The notes under the pieces: generated by a model | The model's database searches: none | The model's input: only the letters and a program-made list of their open reading frames with translations | Told to the model about the DNA's origin: nothing | Part shown: in pieces, positions 23,636 to 35,600 of the stretch | Layout: the number at the start of each line of letters is the position of its first letter | Position numbering within the stretch: the first letter of the stretch is position 1 | Assembly: GCA_964019425.1 (NCBI GenBank) | Contig: OZ025784.1 | Span: 558,001 to 622,000 of the forward strand | Reading direction: 5' to 3' | Source: Flectonema sp. DT1601 | Taxonomy: Eukaryota | Length of the DNA stretch: 64,000 nt | Made by a program: the position numbers and the translations under genes

Positions 23636-26487
23636 GTTTTACTACTGAATTAGAATTTATTTATTATTATTATTTTATTGCAAATAAAATCATCTCCTTC
23701 TAACTAAAGATTTTGCTTACAGTCCCTCATATGCATGTACTGTGCTTGGCAGAAACTATTTGTAACAAATTAAAAAAACACCAAGACAGAGAATTGAACT
23801 GGCGTTTTTTTTTTTTTTTTTTAATTATTATTATTATTTACCCGGCGGGTTGGCGGAGGCCAGGAATAAAAGATTTCGGATCTAAATATAAATAAGAAAA
23901 AAGGCAGAAAATGGAAGAATGAGAAAGGAGAAAAGAGGAAAAAAAAAAAGAAGAAAAAAATAATATAAACATTCAAACCCCTCGAGGGTACCGAACGGGT
24001 GTGTGCATATATAGGAGGAGTAGATAAATACTTTATCGACAAAAGACAGAGTGAGATTCACTCTGGAACGAGTCATTCTGTGGTATCAATGAGAATTTCA
24101 GCTCAAAACAACACTTCAAATACAAACATTGTAATTACTACCGAGATGAGTAGAGATTTAATGCCGATTTGGAATTGAAAAACCGAAAAGACGGTCATCA
24201 AGGTCGCTCAACTTAGGAGAGGGGAAAACATGAATAGTTTACTAAGGAAAACGTGTTTACAAAAAAAGGAAATGATGGCGATGACCCCAAGCTTGCTTAG
24301 GCTAACTGCTGGTTCAACGCTCGTCACTTATGGATAAATTGGAAGATATTACTTACCTGAAGAAACAAATGATTATCTGGTCCAACCACATGCATAAAAA
24401 CAAAACAGTTGTCAGATGATTCATAAAACACTACAAGGTTTGAAAAGCCTACAGCAGTTTCAGCCTTCACAAAATATTAAAACTGCAACAAGAAAAAAAC
24501 CAAACCAAAGAGAGGAAGTTTTTAATCAACTTGCTGAGCTACTACTAATTTGCCTTGCAGTTAGATGGTGCAAGAGAAAGAAGAACGAAGAAGAAGAAAA
24601 AAAAAAAAGGCTGTGAGACACCCTCTACATGCCTGTTGTTTTTCCCCTCTATTATATACTTTTTTTTTTTTTTTTTCTGGGTAGGTGAGGAGACCAAATT
24701 ATAAATAAAAATAAAAAAGCGCAATTCATCTCAGGAATTGGATACACAAAACTGAGTGGTGTGAGGCCTCATTTTTTTAGATACAAAGTAAGGAAAACTA
24801 ATAGAGATGATCTGACCCAATTCGAAAAGCCACAACTATAAGTTAGATTACGGAAGCTATGAGGCCTCAGATCAATGTGATTATTTACTTTTTGGCTAGT
24901 TTGTTAGGATGGGGAAAAAAAAAAAAAAAAAAAAGAATTCGCCTTGATCGTTAATCTAGCATAAAACTAATGCGCACGAAATCCCAAGGGGGGAGAAACT
25001 GTGAAAAGCTAAATGGGGACACGCGTGCTCTCTCTTTACGAATTATTTATGTAGTTGCAAACAACCGGCTCCAGTCTTCAAAGGGAGGAAGACACCCGAC
25101 GTAATCAGTTGCCAAAAAAAGGGTTGGAGAAAGAAAAAATAATTTATAAAAAAAACAAAAAAAAAAAAGACAAAACAAAAATACAACTCGCGGGACAGAA
25201 TAATTCGTCGCCCCCCAAATTGAAAAAAAAAAGTGCAAAAACACTCGCTTTTGTAAAAAGCAAAAAAAGAAAGAGGACAGGTGAGGGTGATAAGGCAGAT
25301 GGGAAAAAACGAAATTGTATTTATTACATTATACATACGTTTACCTTTCACAGAAGAAGGCAACAACAACAAAAAAGAAAAAGAGAAAACCAACAGATTC
25401 CAAATGATGATGCAGTTCTTCGCAGTTAAATGAAAAGTGTCACCTGAAGAAAAAAGAAAAAACACAGTTGTTTCAGTGACAAATTTGAGTCTAGAAAAAC
25501 TGCCACACGCTGCACAAGACCAATGGGCCTAACAGAGTACAAAGAGGAGGGTAATGAGCAATGAAGTATTCGCATGATTTGTTTTTTTTTTAAAAAAATA
25601 AAACCAGTTCGAATGTAACCTCAAAACTAATCAAAACAATCACTTGCAGTGAAAGAGAACTGAAAGGCTTATTTTTCGGGTCCCCCATGCAGTAAGCTAC
25701 ATACTAACATCTTAATATGATAATCTGAGGTGTTTTAAATTGGCACCAACCTCGAGAAAGAAAAAAAAACTGCTGAGGCTCATGAATTCCTCACATATAA
25801 ATTCCAAGGCGTTTTCCAATTAGAGTAATTGATTCAGTTTTTAGATTGATTTCGGGTGATTTTTTCTTTTTTTTTTTTTTTTTTTTTTTTAAAACCACAA
25901 AAAACTGTTCTGTATGAAGTTAGCGAGAAACCTTTGTATTGGGATTAGCGGTTTTCCCAGAAGAAATTTTTTAAAAAAAAAAAAAAAATTAAAGATAGAA
26001 ATTCGGTGTGAGTGTTTTGCCCACAATGGGAAAGCCCGCTGCTTGTATGCTTACTTGTTTTTTGTAGTCAGAGAGTTTTCTCTTTGGGCATGCGGGAAAA
26101 AAAATGAGAGAAACTTTTTTAATTTTTTTTTTTTTTTTTCTTTCTTCTTAAAAAATGATAGTCAACCAACGACCTTGACGACAGGTAGAGGGCAGGGAAG
26201 AACCTTTGCTCGCCAGAAATAATAATTAACAAAAAAATAAAACCTGCGAGAAATTATCTTGCTCTCCACCCTATGGGGAAAAGAAAAAAAAAAAGCTATC
26301 TGAAGGCAAGATTAAAGAAAAGTTAGCATTTTTTCACATTAGTACAGTAAAAGGGTATGATATATTCTTGTTTTCTAAATACAATAAAGTAACGATCTCG
26401 CGAACATCACAAAAAAAAATAGTAACCGGTCGTCACCAGATAAGGCGAGGGAAGACACAGGAACAATAATAAAGTCAATTAATCGAG

Positions 26488-26744
26488 TTATTGTCCTCTG
26501 TGTGCACGCAGAGTGACTGACCCCGTCTGAAGTCTTTTTACGGCGGCTCAACACCAGCAGAATGACAGACAGGGTTAACAATATATAATAGACGTTTAAC
26601 TGACAGAAGAAAAAAAGGGGAAAAAAATCAGTAGAGTGACAGTGTCCCAGGTATTCACACGCAGTGCGACTGAGGCCACCCATCCGAAGTCTTCACGGCG
26701 GCTCAACACCAACAGAATCACAGACGGGGGAGTATCACTGTCGC
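26488..26744. repeat. Two diverged ~100-nt copies of a GC-rich, self-complementary element
   Basis: Copies at ~26488-26584 and ~26636-26744 share the core gaagtctt..acggcggctcaacacca(g/a)cagaat(g/c)acagac(a/g)ggg. Confidence 0.8.
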
Positions 26745-27050
26745 AACATCAAAAGACGTCCAGTGGTGACCAGTAATAAAACAAAAAATAAATTATCATC
26801 ACACAGCATGCACACAATACGATGTGACTAAACCTTTTAACTGGAATATAAGTTATTAGATTACCTCCCAGACGAAGGGGGTGAAAGGGAAGAGAGTTCT
26901 ACGATTGATACATCCAACGTCTTCAAGGAAAATAGATTTATTTAATAACTTATCTGTGATAGGGGTGATAACCGACAGTAGTCGGATGAGATCCTCATTA
27001 CCTTTTCAGGTGAGGTACAGTTAGCTGTCTTCACTAATCATTTAAACGAC

Positions 27051-29605
27051 TTATGTGTCGATAATGTATCGTTGTTCTGATATGAGAAGCTGTTGTTTTG
27101 TTGGTGGTGCGAATTGATCTGACCAGTTGTTTAGAGTGTCGAGGAATTGTTTGTCTTCATCAATAACATCTTGATCAGGTATATCATGGTCAATATTCTT
27201 ATAGTCTTGATGGACGTCATAAAAGGATGATAGCAGCTGGTGATCCCAAGTTGCCGGAAGCATTGTAGATACTAACCCGCTGGTAGTGCCAGGATGAATT
27301 TCAAAGTATTTTGTATTCTTTCCAGATGACTCTGGTACAAATGGAGGTCGGAGTTCTCTATTTCTACACGCAACCCAATCAAATCCAGCAAACCAGCTGT
27401 TGTTAAAAAACCCAGCTGCACCTAATCGATCGCCTTGATTCTTAACTAACAAAGAACAGATGATATCTTTACAAGAATCTGACAGCCGAGGAATTGTTGA
27501 AAATATTTCTCTTGAAATTTTTCTGTAAAGGATTTGTTTTATGTTGTCAATTGGTTCTTTATCATAGAAAGGATAACAACCAGTAATCATTAAGAAAAGT
27601 AACACTCCTAGTGCCCACCAGTCTACACCATACGAATAACCATTTGGTCCCTGTTTGAGCATTTCAGGAGCCATGTATGGCAGAGTCCCACACTTCGTTG
27701 TATTCGCTACGTCAGGTTCTATTGTCTTCGCAAAACCAAAGTCAGTAAGAACGACGTGACCGTCAACATCTAAAACTAGATTTTCAGCTTTCAAATCTCT
27801 GTGTAGAATACTGTGAGTGTGTAAGTGATGAACAGCAAGCGCGACTTCTGCTATGTAAAATCTCGCTCGATCTTCACCACATGGTTCTCCATTCTGAAGG
27901 TGATAAAACAACTCACCCCCTGATAAGAAATCAAATAACAAAAACAACCTCCCTCTAGTTTGAAATGCAGCATGTAACTTTACGATATACGGATGTTTGA
28001 TATTAAGTAGAAGTGATTTTTCTCGGGTCACATTTTTGATGTGACTTTCCTTCTGCAACGCGGCTTTTTGAAGAATCTTACAGGCGTATATCGAGCCAGT
28101 GAGCTTCTCCCGAACCTGTTTTGGGTGTTTTTTATTGTTTTTTTTTTTTTCTTCGATTCTAGAAAGGTATAGCAATACCATTAACAACTGTAAAAAGATA
28201 AAGTACGATACCTTACAAACTCTTCCAAAGCTACCCTTTCCAAGGACATCCAAAAAGTCGAAGTCGCTGGGTAGATATTTAGTATCTTCAAGCGACTCTC
28301 CTTCTACTTCGATTTCGAGATGCCCGGCGCTGACTACCTGGTTTGCGGGTACCAACATTCCGTAATTAGCTTTGCAAGAAAAGTATTGATATCCATTTAC
28401 CATTCCATTGTGCTTGCCAACTGGTTCAATTAGTTCTACTCCAACCCAAAGACCGTCCTGGTGTTGTTTGTTTGTGTTAGATGTTATTACTTTATAAAAC
28501 AATGAGAGGAAAAATGAAAAAGTTTATACCCTGTGATGCGTCTCTTGTCCTGACCGAGCCTTTGTCCCCAGTTGTCCAACCCATTGACAGGTACCAGCGA
28601 CGTAGTCACCCTTTTCTTTAACCCAAACTCTAATTCTGCATCCTTGAAGCAGATCAGATCTAATTAGAGAGAATCTATTGCATGCTCTCCTTAGCTGTTT
28701 TGGTTATGTTCAATTGACATTATAAAACTGTTTATATGATAATGATTAAAAACACAAACCTGACAAAACCATTCTTCTTTCGTATTGTCTCCATCTGCTA
28801 TGAAGTAATAAGGATAATCATGTTCTTGAGTGTGTAGTGCGAATGAGAACGGCGCAGGACTCGGTAGAATATCATAAGAGGGGTCCGTGTCTATTAACTG
28901 ACAAGTAGCAAGATCAATCAACCCGATTGGTTTATCATCATTCTTACTACGATAGTAATAAACGTATTGTGATCGGAGTTCAATCCAACGTTTGCGGAAG
29001 CAACCAAGACTGTGATCAGAGACGCGAGAAGGTGGTTTCCAATTCAAACAAGAATACTGCGACATTAACAAATATCCCGACGTTGGACTATCATTTGCCG
29101 TCAAGTGTGATTTTAGTGTTTTGATTGCTTTTACTTTTTTCGTGTTTCTGTTACTGGCGAGTGCCTCATCCTTTGCTTGTCTGAGTGTCTCACCACAGGC
29201 AGTGCATATCTCGTTGAATGACGCTGCTAAGTTCATGGTCAGAGATTTCCATGCTTCAATCACAGCTGGGTCAGATAGCTGTAAAACTAATACCACAGAT
29301 GATATAAAGCTCTGTGTTAACATTGAGACATGTTTCTTATTAACACCTAAGTGTGCATGTTGTACTGCAATCTTTTGTATGTTTGTAGTAGTTGGAGGGT
29401 GTAGCTCCCACTCAACTATTGTAAGAAGCATCTTTCTCTTATTTGCTTTGGTACTGTGAGCGAAGATATGCCGCACGGTTTCATCTTTTCCTAGCAGATC
29501 TTTGTAAAAGGTTTTACAAAACAATTCTATTCCATCAAACCCCTTCCAGCTCTCCTCGGCAAGCAGCCGTTCTTCACGGAGGTCCTTTGCTGCGGAGATT
29601 CCCAT
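27051..29605 (-). CDS. Globin-PH-CAP-Gly-AGC family Ser/Thr kinase fusion; 4 exons, 773 aa
   Basis: Exons 29605-28760, 28694-28530, 28457-28212 and 28115-27051 join in frame (2322 nt). Globin motifs: ESW, TFY, HIF, QHAHLGV, EAW. PH motifs: FRKRWIEL..YYY..GLIDL..YYFIAD..EEWF. CAP-Gly: LWVGVELIEPVGKHNG..YFSC..GMLV. Kinase: GKGSFG, YACK, HRDLKAEN, DFG, CGT.PYMAPE, DWWALG, PPFVP. Confidence 0.9.
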
Positions 29606-29606
29606 T

Positions 29607-29624
29607 CTGGATGGGGAAAAATAG
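29607..29624 (-). promoter_or_regulatory. Putative trans-splice acceptor for the globin-kinase gene
   Basis: Minus strand reads tatttttccccatccAG followed directly by aATG. Confidence 0.55.
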
Positions 29625-30006
29625 TGTTTGACATAACAACTGTAAACAAAATTTCACTTATACAGGTCAGCTGTTACACGTGATCACCGTGCCTGCCTAA
29701 AATACAAGCAAATACTTCAGTAATTAGGATGATCGAATAATACAAACAAAAAAAAAAAATAATAATAATAATAAATAATAATAAATAATTAACATCACAA
29801 CTGATGTTCAAAAGGAGAAACAGAACAAACTCCGAAACATAAAAAAAATGAAATGGCAGCAATTGAAGATCACTACTCACTTCTGACTTTTCGGTCAGCA
29901 GCAGTCTTTCTCAAAATAAACAACGAGTGACAACATCTGGTTGAAACGGCTATCTGATACACCTTATGAATAGGGAAGTACCTCTTACCCACAGTCTGTG
30001 AATTAC

Positions 30007-32154
30007 TTAGTAACTCTCGGGCTTACTGTTGAAGCTCTTCCCGTCTACTAAAGCACCCCGTCTGTGCATTGGAGTTCCTTGACTGGGTGCTCTCATCTTT
30101 CGAGTTGTCCCGTAGAGTGGAGTACCAGCAGTGGCGTATAACGGTGTGCTTATCTTGCTATGTTTCCGTGAGCGGGCAGGTTGGGATGTCGGAGAATCCT
30201 TTTCAGCGGCTTTACTGCGGGCACGTTGAGCAACTTGCTTAGCCGCCACCATCATAGAAAACGACATCTTACCACCTTGAGCAGCAGGTGAAGGAGAAGG
30301 AGATAATGATGTTGTTGGCGCTAGAGCAAAAGGTTGCTTTTGAAGAGTAAACCAAAGCCTCAATGGAACATCTGTTCCAAAAAACTTTTCATGAACAAAT
30401 GCCAGAGACCTGATAGGACGTGCGCTGTAAGGATATTCAGGAATTCCCTTCGCCGCTTTATTTTCTCTTCCCTTACCAAGTCTTGGTGAGAACAATGTTG
30501 ATAATGGTTCCGCTGTGTCGTTGTGATCAAGCCAGTCATTCAGAGCTTTGTCGTCAGCTTGAGTTACCTTAAGGAAATATTCAACAGCGTTAAGTTCGAT
30601 TCCCTGTGTGTGCCCCATTTTAGTACATGCTTTCTTTATTAAAGTCTTAATCTCAGCTGTGTCTGTGATGACAATGACGGTGGTGTAGTCGATGCCGTTT
30701 GCAGCGTTCATTCGAATTGAGACGGTGGCCTGGCGGGGATCCTGTTCGCTCATTTCTTCTACAGTCGGAGATCCGTCTTCCCAGGTGTGTTCAGGAGCAT
30801 CACCATGGTCTCTCTGTCTCTCTGTGTTTATGGAAGCAATGCATTCCAGTTCCTGTTATTGTTTATTATATTTTAGAACTACTCTGTGTCAACAAGGACT
30901 TGATGCTTGTAGGGAACACACACCTCAATTAATATTTTAACTCTGCTGTTGAACTCATCGTCTTGCAGAGGGCCACAAGACAGAGTTGCCGCATCCGTTG
31001 CAGCCTTTGCTTCTCTCAGTATCTGTTTTGGTTTGGTTTGTTTTAGTTTTGTTTGGTTTGGTTTGTTTTTTGTCCCCAAAGTGGGGAATGACAACCGAAT
31101 AAGAAGGAACCCACACCTTCAGCTCAGCATCTTGACTTTCACGGAGTGATTTCTCAGTTTTAAATGCCGACTGGACATCTCTGCGTTTTCCCTTTTGCTT
31201 CTCATAAAATGAAACGCACTTGTCTCGAACAGAGTCTAGTAGTGTTTGTGCCTCAAGTCGCTGTTTCTTTTCACGACGGAGATCTTTTTTGAGGAGTCGA
31301 GTGCGCGCTACTAATTTCTGAGTTGGCTCCGTGACACCAGTGTTCACTGAAGTTAAGTCGCTCACATCACGCGATAGTTCCAAGTTTTCTTGAGAAAGGA
31401 CTTCTATTTCTTGTCGAAGTTGTTGAAGAGTAGAATCATCAACTTCTGTTCTACCAACAGGTGTGCGAGGAGTTGTTGAGGACTGTGGTGGTAATAACTC
31501 AATACTACTCTCTTCCTGTACTGCTTTCACTAATACTTGTAATCCAAATAAACCTTCTGGGATTCCTATATTGTGATCACTTGGGTGAGCGGTAGGTGTT
31601 CGTACTAACTCTGTTTGAGTTTGTAGTTCCTTTTTCAACACACTGATAACGGATTCAAGTTCTTCTGATCTCTTTTTCTCAGCTTCGATTTGAGGGAGTC
31701 GCGCGGCTGCTAGATTTTCTGTCGCAGTCAGTTCTCCTTTTAAACGAGTGATTTCATCGTCTAATTTATCGATTGATTTATTTTTATTATCGCGGACTGA
31801 ATTTGCTTTCAGAAGTTTTGGTATTACGAATAACGCACCAGCGCGCTCTAACCATTTCATTTCGTACCAGACTTCTCCAATGATCTCCATCGCCTTTTCG
31901 ATTACTTCATCGGGTTGTGTTGAAACCATCTGTTTTGCCTTTTGTTCTCGTCCGTTCTTTCCCATGTTCTCACGAACTTCATTAGCCAGCGCGGTTCTAT
32001 CTCTTCTTAAGATTTCTACTTCTTTTGCGTAGCTGCGAAGTTGTTTTACCATAGCTTCCATCACAGACATTTCTCCTTCACTCTTTAAAGAAGATGCTTC
32101 GTCTGTAGCATTAACTCTCCTTCGGCAGACATCTGCAACCTCCACAGCCGTCAT
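30007..32154 (-). CDS. Coiled-coil protein with a possible ubiquitin/Ras-association-like domain; 3 exons, ~660 aa
   Basis: Exons 32154-31117, 31022-30924 and 30852-30007 join in frame. The segment ATVSIRMN..YTTVIVI..IKTLIKKACTKMG..YFL has a beta-grasp-like pattern (weak call). Confidence 0.72.
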
Positions 32155-32648
32155 CACATTATTTAGTGTTCTGAAAGAAGTGATTTTCGTAAATTAAATT
32201 AAATTTGATTTTTTTTTTTTTTTTAAATGAACAGCAGCGTTCTGTTGAGTGATCAACTGATGAAAGCGTTCAGTAGTTTCTAATCACAAATAATACAATA
32301 AAATAATATATTCTACAGTTAGTATGAATGGCTCAAAGACATGACTTCGCAATGCGAGACCAAAGGGGTCGCTGCTCCCCAAGGCACATCAAAGTGTCCG
32401 GCTGCATGTTCGTGTTACAAGCTGAAACACAATGAATGATCCCGCAGTCACCCTCACCAAAAGCCGTGAGAGGATATCTAAAAAATTAAAAAAGGGGAAA
32501 AAAAAAAACCCACACATTGTAATTAAGAGTGTGAGTTTTTGTACAACAGGTAAGAAAATAAAACATAAAAAAAGAAAGAAAAAAATATCTTCCCCTAGTC
32601 GATACATTTTGTTTATTCTAACAACCCATCACTACAAAAAAAAGTTTT

Positions 32649-35600
32649 TTATCTGAATCTAAAGCCCTGTGGGCCCTGCGGTTTTGATAACCTGCTGCTG
32701 GGTTTCTGTCCTGGTTTAGCAGCTGATTTCTTAGCCTTCAGGGAATTGTCTTCGGTGTTAGGTGATTTTTTATTTTTATTAATATGTGAAGGATGAACCT
32801 GAGAAGTTGGAGTTGTCGGAAAGGTTCGGAGGGTGGCTGAAGAAGAACTTGCAGTTCGCTTGAGTCGAGACCCAGGTGTCGCTCCAGCGACTTTATTATT
32901 AACATCGTGCGAAGATAACGCAGACGGTTTGATCGCAAGTAGTTCACGAGATCGAGGTGGTGATATTTTTGGTGGAGACATTCCTATCAAAGAACTCCCC
33001 ACAGCCTTTGCTGTTAAGTGATTACTATATTCGACGTACCACTGTTTTGCTGATCTTACAAAAGCAGCTACAACGTTACTGTCCCACTGCTCTGATGCGG
33101 GGGTGATGTATGGGGTGCAAAACCTTCCTTCTATCTCACAATATTTACCAGCGAATTCATCATTTATTTTATATATCTCTCTCAAACCTGCACCACCACC
33201 ACCTTTTGAATCCTGAAGAGTGGAATGCAAGTCTTGAATTTCATTATTGAGCCTCTGAACTCTGTTAACCTCGTCTTCGAGTGCTGCTCGGAGCTGAATC
33301 ACTTCTGATTTGGAGGTCCCGCCTGAACGCATTAGTTGATCTTTTGTCTGAGCGTTAGAACGCAACCTTTGAACTTCACTTGTCAGCTCAGTGAGAGCCT
33401 TCTCTGCCATCGTAGCATGTTCGGGTGTGACGTTTGATTTCTGTGTAGGTTTCGTGTGTTTATTATTCCCACACAACAACGACTCATAATAAACACAAAA
33501 TTCAACAAACCTGAAGCTCGTTAAGCTGCATTTGCAACTGTCTAATAGCCGCGTCTTTTGCTACCAAATCCTGCTTTAGAACTTCCAACATAATGTTGTG
33601 GTCCTTCTGGACATCACTCTTTGATTCAGATGATGCTGATGTTGCTTTTAGTTGATCCTGTTTGATAGTATTGAGAGATGTGATCTGGTTTATTAATAGT
33701 GAAGACTTGTAATAAATAAATACCTCAAGTAGTTCTATCCTTCTCGTTGCAATTACTAATTGCGAGTGTTCCTCATCTTCGGTCTTGCAGGAGAGAGAGG
33801 ACTGCGCAGCAGTCAATTCATTTTCTAAATGTATTCTTTTCAAGTCAGTCGATTGCAATTGCGACGCTGCAGCGAGAGAGCGTTCGATTGCCTGCTTGAG
33901 TTCCAGTCGTAGTCGTTCACACTGTTTGGGTGTTTGTTTGTTTGTTTGTTTGTTTGTTTGTTTGTTTGTTTGTTTGTTTGTTTGTTTGTTTGTTTGTTTG
34001 TTTGTTTGTTTGTTTGTTTGTTTGTTTGTTTGTTTGTTTGTTTGTTTGTTTGTTTGTTTGTTTGTTTGTTTGTTTGTTTGTTTGTTTGTTTGTTTGTTTG
34101 TTTGTTTGTTTGTTTGTTTGTTTGTTTGTTTGTTTGTTTGTTTGTTTGTTTGTTTGTTTGTTTGTTTGTTTGTTTGTTTGTTTGTTTGTTTGTTTGTTTG
34201 TTTGTTTGTTTGTTTGTTTGTTTGTTTGTTTGTTTGTTTGTTTGTTTGTTTGTTTGTTTGTTTGTTTGTTTGTTTGTTTGTTTGTTTGTTTGTTTGTTTG
34301 TTTGTTTGTTTGTTTGTTTGTTTGTTTGTTTGTTTGTTTGTTTTGTTGTTCATTTCTAAAAAATATCTAAAAGAGTAATGAATACCTCAGTGTCTTTGTC
34401 GGTTAGGCGATCGTCCTTTTCAGAAAGTGCTTTTCGGAGGGAGTCGATCTGGAGCTGATTTCGTTTGTTTTCAGACTGAACACCATGAACTTCGAGATTA
34501 CGAACCTCACCTTCTCCTTTTGATGCTATCAGAGATGTCTTAGTTGTCGAGAGTTTGTCTTCAACTCGAAGTAATTTGGAAGTTGTCTCCGCGATGGTGG
34601 TGTCTTTCTCTTTTAACTTTGCGTAACAGAGAGACAACTCTTGTTCTAAAGTATCAATTTTCCCCTCCGCAATCCTTCCCTGTTCTCTTAAGTGTTGTTT
34701 AGCCGTTGCAAGCTCATTCTTAATATTAAGAAGTTCCTGTGAGTGAGTCGTCTCCTTTGAAACTAATTCCTCACGCAAGACTCGAACTTGACTGATTGTC
34801 TCTTCTAAAGCAACATGAAGGTGTCGAACATCAACAGATTTTTCATCCATGCGGCTGCTGAGTTCGCGAAGAAGCTGCTCCTTAGCTTCTGTGGCAGCTT
34901 TTATTTCAGATTGAGCGCTTTTGTATCGATCAAGTTGCGTATCTTTATCAGACAGCTCCATTTCTTTGTTTTGTAATTCTGAGCTCAGTTGTCTTTGTAA
35001 GTCTTCTCTATGCATCGCCAGCTGTGAATTTTCACTTTTAGCGAGCTTGAGATGCATTTCTAGTGATTCCATTGTTCTACACTTTTCAACTAATTCTGAG
35101 TTAGCATTAGACAGCATGGTCTTGGCGCTTTGGTGGGCTACTTTTGACGATTCTAAATTCTCTTTTAGAGTGATAATGTCACACTCAAGTCTGTGTTGAA
35201 TGGCTGAAGCTTGCATTGAGACTGTTGTCGTTGCTGTTGTTGCCGAATCTTTTTGTGATGCGAGTTGTTCTTCGAGATTTACTAATTCATCTTTGAAACT
35301 TTGCTCACGGAAAGCAGCTGCGCTGCTATCCATCAGTCGAAGGAATGACAAGTCAAGTAGAGAGAATCGAAGATTCTCTTCTTGTGATAATGCCGTTCTA
35401 CTTATGTGTTCTTGAGCTAATAGAGAACTCATTTCACTGCACAACAAAACTTCTCCATGCGCTGCCGAAGTGTTTCTGAGTAGTATTTGCTCATCATTTG
35501 TTTGCAAAAATCGTTTTTCAAGGGAATCGAACTGAGCAGATCTTTGCTGACATTCAAGACGAAGATGGGAAATTGATGCTTCTGACTGAATGGTATTTTG

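Noticed and set aside
26488..26744. Hammerhead, HDV-like, twister, SECIS or H/ACA identity for the duplicated element
   Set aside because: Copy A loosely resembles a hammerhead (GTC-stem-TGACTGA-stem) but lacks CUGAnGA and GAAA, and copy B does not fit. There is no SECIS apical AA, no terminal AGA/ACA box and no workable HDV P3/L3.
33931..34343. Possible telomeric or interstitial telomere repeat
   Set aside because: The unit TTTG is not TTAGGG-like and it lies within an intron next to an acceptor.
33785..34378. ORFs of (CLFV)n and (TNKQ)n
   Set aside because: Translations of the intronic TTTG microsatellite; the flanking exons join in frame without it.
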